Assembly (NCBI GenBank): GCA_046952735.1
Contig: JBKUJR010000009.1
Location: 4,747-68,746 of the forward strand
Direction of reading: 5' to 3'
Length of the DNA: 64,000 nt
DNA from: Clostridia bacterium
GTDB taxonomy: Bacteria; Bacillota; Clostridia; UBA1212; UBA1255
The notes beneath the pieces are model-generated. The model had not been told where the DNA came from. It did no database searches and saw nothing but the letters and a program-made list of their open reading frames with translations. Of the stretch, positions 32,156 to 41,409 are shown in pieces. The position numbers were made by a program, and so were the translations under genes. Positions within the stretch are counted from its first letter, which is position 1; each line of letters starts with the position of its first letter.

Positions 32156-33412
32156 TTACGATTGCGGGATTAAATGCGCAATAATACTGCGCGTCGTTTC
32201 CTCAGGATTTCCGGATTTGACAGAAATATCCTTCCAGGCTTTATAAATCGGCAGCCGGTCTTTTTCGAGGCGTACGAGGTCGCAGGACATTGAAATCGGC
32301 CGGCCTGCCACCGGAAGCTCATGGAGCGGTCGGTTCAGCATGACGATCGTACCGTTTTGCTTCATAAGCGGCAAGTTGCGGGGGATCGTTACGATTCCTC
32401 CGCCCGTTGCGATAATCTGTCCGCTCTGTTTGGAATATTCGGCAAGCGCCTCTGTCTCGATATCCCGGAAAGCCTGTTCCCCGTGTCTTTTGAAAAATTC
32501 ACAGATACTCATCCGGATCCGGTCTTCGATTTTATTGTCGATATCGATAAACGGTCGGCCGAGCCTTTTGGCAAGATTTGCGCCTACGGTGCTTTTCCCG
32601 CATCCCGGCATTCCGATCAGTATGATATTTTTTGTATTTGCTTCTATTTCCCGGGCAATCGTTTCGATCGCCTCGTCGCCGATTTTTACGCCCGTGAAGA
32701 TTTCACAGGATTGTTTGGCCTGTGCCGTCAGCATGGAAAGTCCGTTTACGGCGATCATTCCTGCGGATTCCGCATCCAGCAGCAGCTTCGTTTTCGCAGG
32801 ATTATAGATTAAATCGATGACGCCGGCGCAATGCGGCAAACAACGCAGGTCTAAAGGAGTGCTTCCGTTATTAGGGTACATGCCTACCGGCGTCGTATTT
32901 ATGAGATACCGCGCGTCGCTGTGAAGCGTGCCGAGATTTGAATAATTATCTGCGCCGGTGCGGGAGACGACGACGATTTTACCCGCGCCCAGGTCTTTCA
33001 GTACGGCGCAGACGGTTCCGGAAGCGCCGCCGCTTCCCAGAACGAGAACTTTTTTTCCGGAAACCTCGAACCCTGCTTTGCGGACAAGGTAGGAAAATCC
33101 GAAGTAATCGGTATTATAGCCTTTTAAAAGGCCGTTTTGCAGGCGAAGAACCGTGTTGACGCTTCCGGTCTTTTCTGCGGCGGGGGAGACTTCGTCGCAA
33201 AGCGCATACGCCGTTTTTTTATATGGTATCGTGACGTTTAATCCGTCGTAATCGCCGTTTTTCAGAAAATCCGCAACTTCTTCAGGTTCCTTTTCATATA
33301 AATCGTATCGGTAATCAAAAAGACGGCTGTGAATCAGGGGAGAAAAGCTGTGCCCCAATGTTTTTCCTAACAAACCGCATTTGAGCTTTGAAGGGATAGC
33401 AGGACCTGTCAT
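32156..33412 (-). CDS. aroE/aroK: Bifunctional shikimate dehydrogenase / shikimate kinase fusion
   Basis: N-terminal half GLLGKTLGHSFSPLIHSRL...VLVLGSGGASG (AroE). C-terminal half NIILIGMPGCGKSTVGANLAKRLGRPFIDID...ATGGGIV (AroK). Start at MTGPAIPS, 2 nt after the pheA stop. Confidence 0.85.
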   Translation of the reverse strand: MTGPAIPSKLKCGLLGKTLGHSFSPLIHSRLFDYRYDLYEKEPEEVADFLKNGDYDGLNVTIPYKKTAYALCDEVSPAAEKTGSVNTVLRLQNGLLKGYNTDYFGFSYLVRKAGFEVSGKKVLVLGSGGASGTVCAVLKDLGAGKIVVVSRTGADNYSNLGTLHSDARYLINTTPVGMYPNNGSTPLDLRCLPHCAGVIDLIYNPAKTKLLLDAESAGMIAVNGLSMLTAQAKQSCEIFTGVKIGDEAIETIAREIEANTKNIILIGMPGCGKSTVGANLAKRLGRPFIDIDNKIEDRIRMSICEFFKRHGEQAFRDIETEALAEYSKQSGQIIATGGGIVTIPRNLPLMKQNGTIVMLNRPLHELPVAGRPISMSCDLVRLEKDRLPIYKAWKDISVKSGNPEETTRSIIAHLIPQS

Positions 33413-33414
33413 AT

Positions 33415-34569
33415 TTAGATCATCTCCGAATAGCTGCCGAGGTAGCGGAACTCTTCGCACAGACTGTCAAGCTCGCAGACCAGCTGGATAAACTCTTTGG
33501 AATAGACAGGGGTATCGAGATCAAAGTAAAACATAAATTCAAAATCGCGGTCCGGGATGGGACGGCTTTCCAATTTTACCAGATTGATGCCGAGCGCATA
33601 AAAGCGTGCGAGCACCCGGTAAAGCGAACCCGGCTTATGGGAAATAATCATCATCAGGCTCGTTCTGTCCGCACCGGGATAGATTTCCAGATTTTTGGAG
33701 ATACAGATAAAACGCGTATAATTATTTCCTTTATCCTGAATCGAGGAGGCGAGGCAGTCGAGGCCGTAAAGCGGCGCGCAGGAACGAGATGAAATCGCGG
33801 CGATATCGGTGCGGGCAGAATCCGCCACCATTTTTGCGGCGATGGCCGTATTTTCCACCACGTTTATTTTAACGTTGCCAAGCGAATTGATAAAATTCGT
33901 ACACTGCGCAAGCGCATGTTCGTGGGAATAAATTTCTTTGATATTGCCGAGCTCGGCGCCTTTCTTGGCAAGAAGGTTATGGTCGACTTTCACGCGGACG
34001 CTGCGGACGATATAAAAATTATAGTACATCATCAGATCGTAGATCTGCTTTACGGAACCGGCGGTGCTGTTTTCGATCGGCAGCACGCCGTAATCGCACA
34101 TCCCCTTGTCGATAGAAGAAAAAATGCTTGCAAAATTGTTAAAATACATGATGCGCGGAATATGGAACAGCTTTTCACAGGCGTATTGGGAATAAGCGCC
34201 TTCCACGCCCTGGCAGGCTACGGTCGCACAGGGAGGAAACACTTTATTGGTATTGTCGATCGCTGCGGAAATTTTATTTTTCAGATCCGAAGAGGGATAT
34301 ATGATTTTGTCCTGGTAGGATCGGCTCAGCTCGAACAGCAGGGAATAGAGGACGCTGGTATACGATTTAAAATCCTCTTCCGATTTTGTAATCAAATCGC
34401 TGATTTTTTCCCGTTCCCGCTGCACGTCCTGCACGGGCAGCTGCTGTTCCTTTTTGACCGCGGCGATGTCGGATGAAATATGCATCCGCTCTTGAAAAAG
34501 CCGTATGATCTCGTCGTCTACCGCATCGATCTTGGAACGTAAATTTTCTAAATCCTGATTTTCCAACAT
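33415..34569 (-). CDS. pheA: Bifunctional chorismate mutase / prephenate dehydratase (P-protein) with ACT domain
   Basis: Trimmed to MLENQDLENLRSKIDAVDDEIIRLFQERM (CM_2). PDT core VACQGVEGAYS...PIENSTAGSV. C-terminal ACT-like TSLMMIISHKPGSLYRVL. Confidence 0.85.
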   Translation of the reverse strand: MLENQDLENLRSKIDAVDDEIIRLFQERMHISSDIAAVKKEQQLPVQDVQREREKISDLITKSEEDFKSYTSVLYSLLFELSRSYQDKIIYPSSDLKNKISAAIDNTNKVFPPCATVACQGVEGAYSQYACEKLFHIPRIMYFNNFASIFSSIDKGMCDYGVLPIENSTAGSVKQIYDLMMYYNFYIVRSVRVKVDHNLLAKKGAELGNIKEIYSHEHALAQCTNFINSLGNVKINVVENTAIAAKMVADSARTDIAAISSRSCAPLYGLDCLASSIQDKGNNYTRFICISKNLEIYPGADRTSLMMIISHKPGSLYRVLARFYALGINLVKLESRPIPDRDFEFMFYFDLDTPVYSKEFIQLVCELDSLCEEFRYLGSYSEMI

Positions 34570-34579
34570 AAACACATCC

Positions 34580-35662
34580 TTATTTCGTATTGCGCAATAT
34601 ATCGTAAACGGCGATTGCCGCCGCAGCTTCCACACAAGGCACGGCCCGCGGTAAAATGCAGGGGTCATGCCTTCCTTTTACGATCAATTTTGTATTTTCC
34701 AGGGCGGAAAGCCGGACGCTGTCCTGTTCCAGCCCGATCGACGGCGTCGGCTTCACCGCGACGTTGAACAGAACCGGCATCCCGGAGGAAATTCCGCCCA
34801 GTATCCCGCCGTGACGATTCGTTTTTGTTCTGATCGCACCGTTTTCTATATAAAAAGCGTCGTTATTTTCAGAACCTTTTCTGGAAGAACCTGCGAAACC
34901 GCTGCCGAATTCGATCCCCTTGACTGCGGGAATTGCAAAAATGCAGCCGGAAATTTTATTTTCCAGGCCGTCGAACATCGGATCCCCGATTCCCGCAGGC
35001 AGGCCTATTATAGCACATTCGATCACGCCGCCGATAGAGTCCCCGGCCATTTTTTGCTCTAATATCATACGTTCCATTTCCGCTTCTGCTGCGGAGTCGA
35101 TTACCGGCAGAACTTTTCCGAAAATTTTCCGGAAATCTTCTTCCGAGACGCGGCACGGATCAAACGGCACATCCTCGCACGCGCCGAGCTTTCGAATATG
35201 CGCGCCGATCCTGATCCCTTCGTCCCGGAGAAGCTGCAGGCAAATCCCTCCGGCGATGCACAGCGGCGCTGTCAGACGGCCGGAAAAATGTCCGCCGCCC
35301 GTCGGATCCTGAAAACCGTTATGTTTTACGTGGGCAGTGTAATCGGCATGTCCGGGACGCGGGACATCTGATAAATTCTGATAATCGCCCGGCCGCGTAT
35401 TGGCGTTACGGATAATGGCGGTTATGGGAGCTCCGCAGGTAACGCCGTTTATGAGGCCGCAAAGGAACTCCGGTTCATCGCTTTCCCGCCGCGCTGTTGC
35501 AAATGCGGAGTTTCCCGGCGCGCGGCGCGCCAGAAAAGCCGCCAGCTGCTGAAAATCGATCCGGATTCCCGCAGGAATTCCGTCTAAGGTCATGCCGATG
35601 GCCTCGGAATGCGATTGCCCGAAAATGGAGAGCTGAATATTTTTTCCAAAAACAGAAGACAT
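34580..35662 (-). CDS. aroC: Chorismate synthase
   Basis: 360 aa. FGQSHSEAIG, RPGHADY and GGGHFSGR motifs. Confidence 0.9.
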   Translation of the reverse strand: MSSVFGKNIQLSIFGQSHSEAIGMTLDGIPAGIRIDFQQLAAFLARRAPGNSAFATARRESDEPEFLCGLINGVTCGAPITAIIRNANTRPGDYQNLSDVPRPGHADYTAHVKHNGFQDPTGGGHFSGRLTAPLCIAGGICLQLLRDEGIRIGAHIRKLGACEDVPFDPCRVSEEDFRKIFGKVLPVIDSAAEAEMERMILEQKMAGDSIGGVIECAIIGLPAGIGDPMFDGLENKISGCIFAIPAVKGIEFGSGFAGSSRKGSENNDAFYIENGAIRTKTNRHGGILGGISSGMPVLFNVAVKPTPSIGLEQDSVRLSALENTKLIVKGRHDPCILPRAVPCVEAAAAIAVYDILRNTK

Positions 35663-35666
35663 TGGC

Positions 35667-36959
35667 TCACTTCCTATTTAAACTGTTATAATCGTTCCAA
35701 AAATTCGGATATGATTTGTTCACGGCTTCCGCCTGTAAAATCGTTACCGGGTCACGGGAAACGGTTCCGGCAATTCCGGCGGTCATTGCGATCCGATGAT
35801 CGTTGAAACTGCCGACCGTCCCGCCTTGCAGCGGAAAACCCTGGTATTTGCGCGTCCCGTTTATGATCAGGCCGTCGTCCGTTTGCCGGATATCGGCGCC
35901 GAGGCTGCCGAGCACCTCAGATACGGCTTGCAGTCTGTCGCTTTCTTTTAAACGCAGCCTGCCGGCTCCCCGGATCACGGTCGTTCCTTCTGCGGCCGCT
36001 GCGGCGAGCGAAAGAATCGGAACGAGATCCGGAATATCGGCGGCATCGATTTCAATGCCATGCAATTTGGAAGGGAATACCGTAATATCGCAAAGCCCGT
36101 TCTTCGTCTGCGTGACCTGCGCAGCGGCGCCGAAGCGTTTTAGAAGGTTTAAAATGGCTTTGTCGCCTTGCTTTGAAGAAAGCGAAAGACCGGTTACGCA
36201 GATTTTTCCCGTGCCGATCGCGCCTGCCGTCAGCCAGAACGCCGCGTTCGACCAGTCGCCGTCCGCATAAAATATTTGCTTCCCTACTTGCCGCGCTGCC
36301 GGGCAGATTATAATAGAGGAACCGCTTTCCGCGATCTGCACGCCGAACCGATCCAGCACGTCGCGCGTCATATCGACGTATGGCCGGGATTCCAGTTTTC
36401 CGATGATCCGAATTTCACTTTCGGTTTTCAGTAAAGGAAGCGCCAGCATCAATCCTGTAATATACTGGGAAGAAACGCCGCCGGTAATCTCAAAGATGCC
36501 GCCGTTCAATCTGCCGCGTACCGTCAGCGGTACGGCGCCCGGCTCTGCGATTTCACAGCCATGCCCGATCAGTTCTTCTCGCAGCGGGGAGAGCGGCCTG
36601 CGGGGCAGACGCCCTTCCGGATAAAATTCCGCCGGAATGCCAAGCGCGCAGACTACCGGCAGCAGAAAGCGAAGCGTGGAGCCGCTTTCTTTGCAGAAGA
36701 GACGGTGAATCTCTTGCGGACATACCGTACCGATCCCCCGTATCCGCAGCCTCGACGGTTCCGAATCGTCGATTTGACACTGTAGAGCGCGCAGGCATTG
36801 GAGCGTAGCGGTAATATCCTCCGACTGCCCGCCCCGGTAGAAAATTTCCGTATCAGATCCGTACAGCGCTGCGGCGATCATTAACCTGTGGAGATGCGAT
36901 TTGGAAAACATTGCATCGACACTGCCGGATAAAAATGGGGTACTTATCGTATAAGTCAT
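35667..36959 (-). CDS. aroA: 3-phosphoshikimate 1-carboxyvinyltransferase (EPSP synthase)
   Basis: 430 aa. KSHLHRLMIAAAL, LKESDRL and NDHRIAMT motifs. Confidence 0.9.
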   Translation of the reverse strand: MTYTISTPFLSGSVDAMFSKSHLHRLMIAAALYGSDTEIFYRGGQSEDITATLQCLRALQCQIDDSEPSRLRIRGIGTVCPQEIHRLFCKESGSTLRFLLPVVCALGIPAEFYPEGRLPRRPLSPLREELIGHGCEIAEPGAVPLTVRGRLNGGIFEITGGVSSQYITGLMLALPLLKTESEIRIIGKLESRPYVDMTRDVLDRFGVQIAESGSSIIICPAARQVGKQIFYADGDWSNAAFWLTAGAIGTGKICVTGLSLSSKQGDKAILNLLKRFGAAAQVTQTKNGLCDITVFPSKLHGIEIDAADIPDLVPILSLAAAAAEGTTVIRGAGRLRLKESDRLQAVSEVLGSLGADIRQTDDGLIINGTRKYQGFPLQGGTVGSFNDHRIAMTAGIAGTVSRDPVTILQAEAVNKSYPNFWNDYNSLNRK

Positions 36960-37921
36960 TTTACGCTGTCCTTCCGCGCTACGTTATGAATCGGAGCTCC
37001 CCGGAGAAATGCCTCTAAATTTTCATAAACGATCCGGACAAGCCGTTTCCGCGCTTCTGCGGACGCCCATGCGATATGCGGCGTTATAATACAATTCGGC
37101 GCCGTCGCATACGGATGACCGCTTTGCATGGGCTCTGCGGCGAGCACGTCGATTCCGGCGCCCGCGATTCTGCCGTTTCGCAGCGCTTCTGCGAGCGCGT
37201 TTTCATCGATCACACCACCGCGGGAAGTGTTGATGAGATATGCTGTTTTTTTCATTTTTGAAAGAGCGCCGCTGTCGATCATGTGTCTCGTCTGTTCCGT
37301 CAGCGGACAGTGCAGCGTAATAAAATCGGATTCTTCTAATAGCTTGGAGAAGGAAACGAGCGGGAACGGACAATTTTCCGGTTTTGTTCTCGTATTGATC
37401 AGCGGAAGCATACCGAATGCGCGCCCGATTTCCGCAACAGCGCGGCCAATCGCGCCGTACCCGACGATTCCCAATGTCTTTCCGGCAATTTCAACGATCG
37501 GAAAATTCAAATACGTAAACGTATGGGAGCGAATCCAGTCCCCTTCGCGTACGGATGCATCGTAAGCAATGGTATTAGAAGCAAGGTTCAATAAAAGGGA
37601 AAAGGTATGCTGTGCGACGGACATCGTGGAGTATCCCGGCGCGTTGCAGACCGCAATTCCGCGCCTGCCGGCTTCCGCGATATCGATATTGTCATATCCT
37701 GTTGCAAAAAGGCCGATATATTTTAATTTCGGGCATTGCGCCATAACCTGGGCGGTAAATTTCGCTTTATTGCATATTACGGCTTCCGCGTCTGCGATCG
37801 TTTGGACGAGCCGCTCTGCCGGAACGACGTCATAAATACGCACCTCACCCAAATTCCCGAAAAGATTCAAATCGACGTCTCCGCGCGTTACCGTACATCT
37901 GTCTAAAATTGCGATTTTCAT
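36956..37921 (-). CDS. D-isomer-specific 2-hydroxyacid dehydrogenase (glycerate/hydroxypyruvate reductase-like)
   Basis: Trimmed to MKIAILDRC. GKTLGIVGYGAIGRAVA NAD fold, RGGVIDENAL, PHIAWAS. 4-nt overlap with aroA. Confidence 0.8.
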   Translation of the reverse strand: MKIAILDRCTVTRGDVDLNLFGNLGEVRIYDVVPAERLVQTIADAEAVICNKAKFTAQVMAQCPKLKYIGLFATGYDNIDIAEAGRRGIAVCNAPGYSTMSVAQHTFSLLLNLASNTIAYDASVREGDWIRSHTFTYLNFPIVEIAGKTLGIVGYGAIGRAVAEIGRAFGMLPLINTRTKPENCPFPLVSFSKLLEESDFITLHCPLTEQTRHMIDSGALSKMKKTAYLINTSRGGVIDENALAEALRNGRIAGAGIDVLAAEPMQSGHPYATAPNCIITPHIAWASAEARKRLVRIVYENLEAFLRGAPIHNVARKDSVK

Positions 37922-37943
37922 ATTGTCCCGCTCCTTCCGGTTT

Positions 37944-38672
37944 TTAGGAATGTAAAAGGTCGATCTCACATTGCGCCATCTCCCGATCCGGAAGATCCGC
38001 CGTATAAAAATATGCTGCCAGACGGATTTTCTCGATTTCCCCGATTTTGTTTCCGGCTGTAAATTTTATGGATGTCGCAATGGTTTCTTCCGTGAGATCT
38101 CCGGTTTCGAGATGACTGTACCACTGGCCGGGCGTCTGATGGACGTCGTCATAAAGATACGTCTCGACATATTCTCTGTTTCTTTTGGTATCTTCCGGCG
38201 TTTTCACATCATAGGAAATGGTTTCGCCTGTTTTTAAGCGGATATCGACATGATATCCGATCTTGACGCGCTTTGTGTTCGTATATTTATTCCAGCATGT
38301 ATTCCAGATTTCAGCAAAATTCGCCCCTGTAAGGGAGGCTTCCCGAGAGGCAACCGCTTCGTAGCATTTGATGTCTTGCCCTGCCGTCCAATCCGCCGTA
38401 TGAGAATCGCGGATCAATTTTCTGACGCCGTTTTCATTGACGTAAAGACCGAGCTGATCCGGCATACCAGGTTCCGGCGTAGGAACCGGAGCAGTTGCGG
38501 CAGGAGTGCCGCCCGTCGGAACGGCAGACGTCTGTCCGGCGCTGCCGGCAGGAATCGTAGGAGGCGCCGCGCTTCCGGCCGGATCGGATTTACAAGACGA
38601 TAATCCGATGGAAAATGCAAATAAACACGACACGGCAATTAAAAACTTATATATTTTATTTGTTTTCCGCAT
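37944..38672 (-). CDS. Lipoprotein of unknown function
   Basis: Trimmed to MRKTNKIYKFLIAVSCLFAFSIGLSSC (lipobox LSSC, RBS AAAGGA), followed by a Pro/Ala/Thr-rich linker. Confidence 0.65.
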   Translation of the reverse strand: MRKTNKIYKFLIAVSCLFAFSIGLSSCKSDPAGSAAPPTIPAGSAGQTSAVPTGGTPAATAPVPTPEPGMPDQLGLYVNENGVRKLIRDSHTADWTAGQDIKCYEAVASREASLTGANFAEIWNTCWNKYTNTKRVKIGYHVDIRLKTGETISYDVKTPEDTKRNREYVETYLYDDVHQTPGQWYSHLETGDLTEETIATSIKFTAGNKIGEIEKIRLAAYFYTADLPDREMAQCEIDLLHS

Positions 38673-38823
38673 GCAAACCATCCTTTTCTGCTTCGATCGA
38701 AAACCGCAGCGCATACATCGCTATTTTCAAATTATATCATGCTCTGACGGAAAAATCATCTCCCGCGAATCTTGCAAATTAAATTTTGCATAAATTTTAT
38801 ATATTAATCTTTTTGATAAATTA

Positions 38824-38852
38824 TTGCATGAAAAAATTTTATCATATATAAT
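38824..38852 (+). promoter_or_regulatory. Promoter TTGCAT-17-TATAAT for the 38902 gene
   Basis: TTGCAT at 38824-38829 and TATAAT at 38847-38852. Confidence 0.55.
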
Positions 38853-38901
38853 GGCCACATACAATTAATATGGCCTATTTTGGCCGGATGGAGGTTGTGA
38901 A

Positions 38902-39891
38902 ATGAAAAAGATTTGTGTGGCAATACTCAGTATGATCATGCTTCTTACCGTTACGGGAATTATGACTGTGGGCGCGGAAGGGGATACATACACCTATGAG
39001 CGGAACGAGGATATCCTTTCCGAAGCGGTATACCAGGACTTTGAAGATCTCGAGCCAATGGAGGACTATGCGACGACGAAGCATGAAGCTGACGTCACAG
39101 GGCGCGTATATGGATTTTTCTCCCATGTCAGCGGCGGCGGCAGTGTGATGATAACAAATGAAAACCCGATTACGGGGGATCAGTCGATCCGTTTTAAGGA
39201 TCTTCTCGATGCGAGAAGGTGGACGATCGATGCCGAAGCGGAATTCGACGCCGACGCCTATGTTCTGGAATTTAAAATCAGGATCGACGATATGCCGGCC
39301 GGCGGTAAATTTGCAGTTAAAATCTCCGATGTGAATTCGAAGGAGCACGATAATGAAGGTGCTGATGGACCGATCCTCTCCATCAAGAACGTTGATGGGA
39401 AAATCGGCATTTACAATCTCAGCGACAAGCTGCTCACGGAAGTGGAAGCGAACAAAGTATATACCGTTGCGATCGTATGCGAGACGTTATCTTCGGATTA
39501 TTACGTATTTCTGGACGGCAAGTATATTCCGGACAGCAAAGCGGAATTCAATGTGGAATTTGCACAGCTTACGGCGTTCCGTTTTGATCTTTCCGGAACG
39601 GGCACGATTATCACGATGGACGATATCGTAGCCGACGGCTGCGAAGTAGGAAAAGGAAGCGGCAGCACGGCGGAAGCGACGGCTACCCCGGAAGCTACGG
39701 AAGCGCCTACAAAAGCGCCTACGAGCGCGGCCACGGTCACTCCGAAACCGGCTACGCCGGCCCCGACCAATACTGCCGATTCCGACTCTGACGGCGGCTT
39801 CCCGACCTGGGCGATCGCCGCAATTGCTGCAGGCGTTGTCGTCATCGTTGCTGTTGTCGTCGTGGTCGTTGTGAAAAAGAAGAAAAAATAA
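38902..39891 (+). CDS. Cell-surface protein: signal peptide, globular beta-rich domain, Pro/Thr/Ala linker, C-terminal TM anchor with KKKKK tail
   Basis: MKKICVAILSMIMLLTVTGIMTVGA. Linker TAEATATPEATEAPTKAPTSAATVTPKPATPAPT. C-terminus WAIAAIAAGVVVIVAVVVVVVVKKKKK. Confidence 0.75.
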   Translation: MKKICVAILSMIMLLTVTGIMTVGAEGDTYTYERNEDILSEAVYQDFEDLEPMEDYATTKHEADVTGRVYGFFSHVSGGGSVMITNENPITGDQSIRFKDLLDARRWTIDAEAEFDADAYVLEFKIRIDDMPAGGKFAVKISDVNSKEHDNEGADGPILSIKNVDGKIGIYNLSDKLLTEVEANKVYTVAIVCETLSSDYYVFLDGKYIPDSKAEFNVEFAQLTAFRFDLSGTGTIITMDDIVADGCEVGKGSGSTAEATATPEATEAPTKAPTSAATVTPKPATPAPTNTADSDSDGGFPTWAIAAIAAGVVVIVAVVVVVVVKKKKK

Positions 39892-39917
39892 TTAGAGCAA
39901 GCGTATTTACAATAATA

Positions 39918-39958
39918 AACCGCTCCGATCGGAAACAGATCGGAGCGGTTATTATTTT
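39918..39958. terminator. Bidirectional intrinsic terminator between convergent genes
   Basis: AACCGCTCCGATC-ggaaaca-GATCGGAGCGGTT, flanked by A-rich sequence on the left and T-rich sequence on the right. Confidence 0.8.
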
Positions 39959-39965
39959 ACCGATA

Positions 39966-40427
39966 TCAAACGGATTCCAGTAAGCGTTCCAGCAATGCGG
40001 CGGCGCCGCCGATGATTTCCGGACACGGCCTTTTTCGATAGTATTCTTCCGTTCTGGGCGCAGGCGGCGTGTCGGGCCGCAGCGCATCCGGAGAAACGCT
40101 GCCGCGCAACAATTCCCGGCAGATGATACTCCCGTTTTGATCTTTAAAATCGTTGGCCAGCTGTTGCACGAGCCGGTAATGCGCGGCTTTCGCCGCCGGA
40201 TCCCTGGGATCTGCATATCCTTTGATCAGTCCTGCCGCCATCAGCATCCCCGAGACTGCGCCGCACACTTCCCGCATTTTTCCCATACCGGCTCCAAAAG
40301 AGGAAGCGACCAGCGCGGCCTGCTCGTCCGTAAGTCCCGTGAGATCTGAAAATGCCAGAAGAACAGACTGCGCACAATTGTAGCCTTCTTTGAACAGTTT
40401 GATCGCCGTTTCTTTTCTGCTCATCAT
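39966..40427 (-). CDS. C_GCAxxG_C_C family protein
   Basis: Trimmed to MMSRKETAIKLFKEGYNCAQSVLLAF...GAG...CGAVSG. ATGA overlap with the upstream Mrp gene. Confidence 0.75.
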   Translation of the reverse strand: MMSRKETAIKLFKEGYNCAQSVLLAFSDLTGLTDEQAALVASSFGAGMGKMREVCGAVSGMLMAAGLIKGYADPRDPAAKAAHYRLVQQLANDFKDQNGSIICRELLRGSVSPDALRPDTPPAPRTEEYYRKRPCPEIIGGAAALLERLLESV

Positions 40428-41254
40428 TTCTCGAGACTTTCTGTGATTTGGTCGAGCGCGCCGCATTCAAAAAGCTCGATTGTGCCTCTGTCGCATGCGG
40501 CTGCAAGCTTCGGGTCGATGGGAAGCTTTGCGACGATGGGAATTCCATGCTTTTCGGCGATTTCTTCGATATGGCTTTCTCCATAGATATGATGCTCGGT
40601 TCCGCAATCGGGACAGGTGTAATACGACATGTTTTCGATGATGCCAAGCACCGGAATGTTCATCAGCCCTGCCATATTGACCGCTTTTTCAACGATCATG
40701 GATACAAGCTCCTGCGGAGAGGTGACGATCAGGATTCCGTTTACCGGAAGCGACTGGAAAACGGTCAGAGGTACGTCGCCGGTTCCGGGAGGCATGTCCA
40801 CAAACATATAATCCACATCTTCCCAGACGACATCCGTCCAGAATTGTTTTACGGTGCCCGCAATAATGGGCCCGCGCCATACGACGGGATCCGTATCGTT
40901 TTCCAATAAAAGGTTCAGGGACATGATCTTGATACCGGTTTTCGTCAGGACCGGATAAATTCCGGATTCGTCTCCCGTAGCTTTTTCTTTGATCCCGAAT
41001 GCTTTGGGAATCGACGGACCGGTGATATCCGCATCCAATATGGCGGTCTGATAATCGCGCCGCCGCATGTTGACGGCCATCAATGATGTTACCAGTGACT
41101 TTCCGACGCCGCCTTTGCCGCTGACAACTGCGATTACCTTCTTGATCTCCGAACCGGCATGCGGCTTTTCAATCAGGGATTCCGGCTGCGTCTGTTCGCG
41201 GCTGGGGCAGTTCGCGCCGCAGCTGCTGCAGTCATGGGTACATTCTTCGCTCAT
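40424..41254 (-). CDS. Mrp/NBP35 (ApbC) family Fe-S cluster carrier ATPase with N-terminal Cys-rich segment
   Basis: Trimmed to MSEECTHDCSSCGANCPS (RBS AAGGAG, 9-nt spacer). KVIAVVSGKGGVGKS deviant Walker A. CPDCG motif near the C-terminus. Confidence 0.85.
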   Translation of the reverse strand: MSEECTHDCSSCGANCPSREQTQPESLIEKPHAGSEIKKVIAVVSGKGGVGKSLVTSLMAVNMRRRDYQTAILDADITGPSIPKAFGIKEKATGDESGIYPVLTKTGIKIMSLNLLLENDTDPVVWRGPIIAGTVKQFWTDVVWEDVDYMFVDMPPGTGDVPLTVFQSLPVNGILIVTSPQELVSMIVEKAVNMAGLMNIPVLGIIENMSYYTCPDCGTEHHIYGESHIEEIAEKHGIPIVAKLPIDPKLAAACDRGTIELFECGALDQITESLEK

Positions 41255-41345
41255 TGCATACATCTCCTTAAAATAAAATACTGATATAGTATAACATATT
41301 TTTGCCGGATATCCATCCGAATCCATTTGACCGGCCGGAAGAAAA

Positions 41346-41374
41346 TTGACAAGAACGGCAGGCGTGTATATAAT
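41346..41374 (+). promoter_or_regulatory. Promoter TTGACA-17-TATAAT for the 41410 gene
   Basis: TTGACA at 41346-41351 and TATAAT at 41369-41374. Confidence 0.6.
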
Positions 41375-41409
41375 TCATAAAACTTCATCGAAAACGCAGG
41401 AGGATATTT

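Noticed and set aside
38673-38901. T-box or riboswitch leader for the aromatic amino-acid operon, and a Rex box upstream of the mdh-like gene (18799-18926)
   Set aside because: I could not find a specifier-loop/T-box sequence or a TTGTGAA-N4-TTCACAA-type site by eye. The regions are short and look like plain promoters. A covariance-model scan would be needed to be sure.
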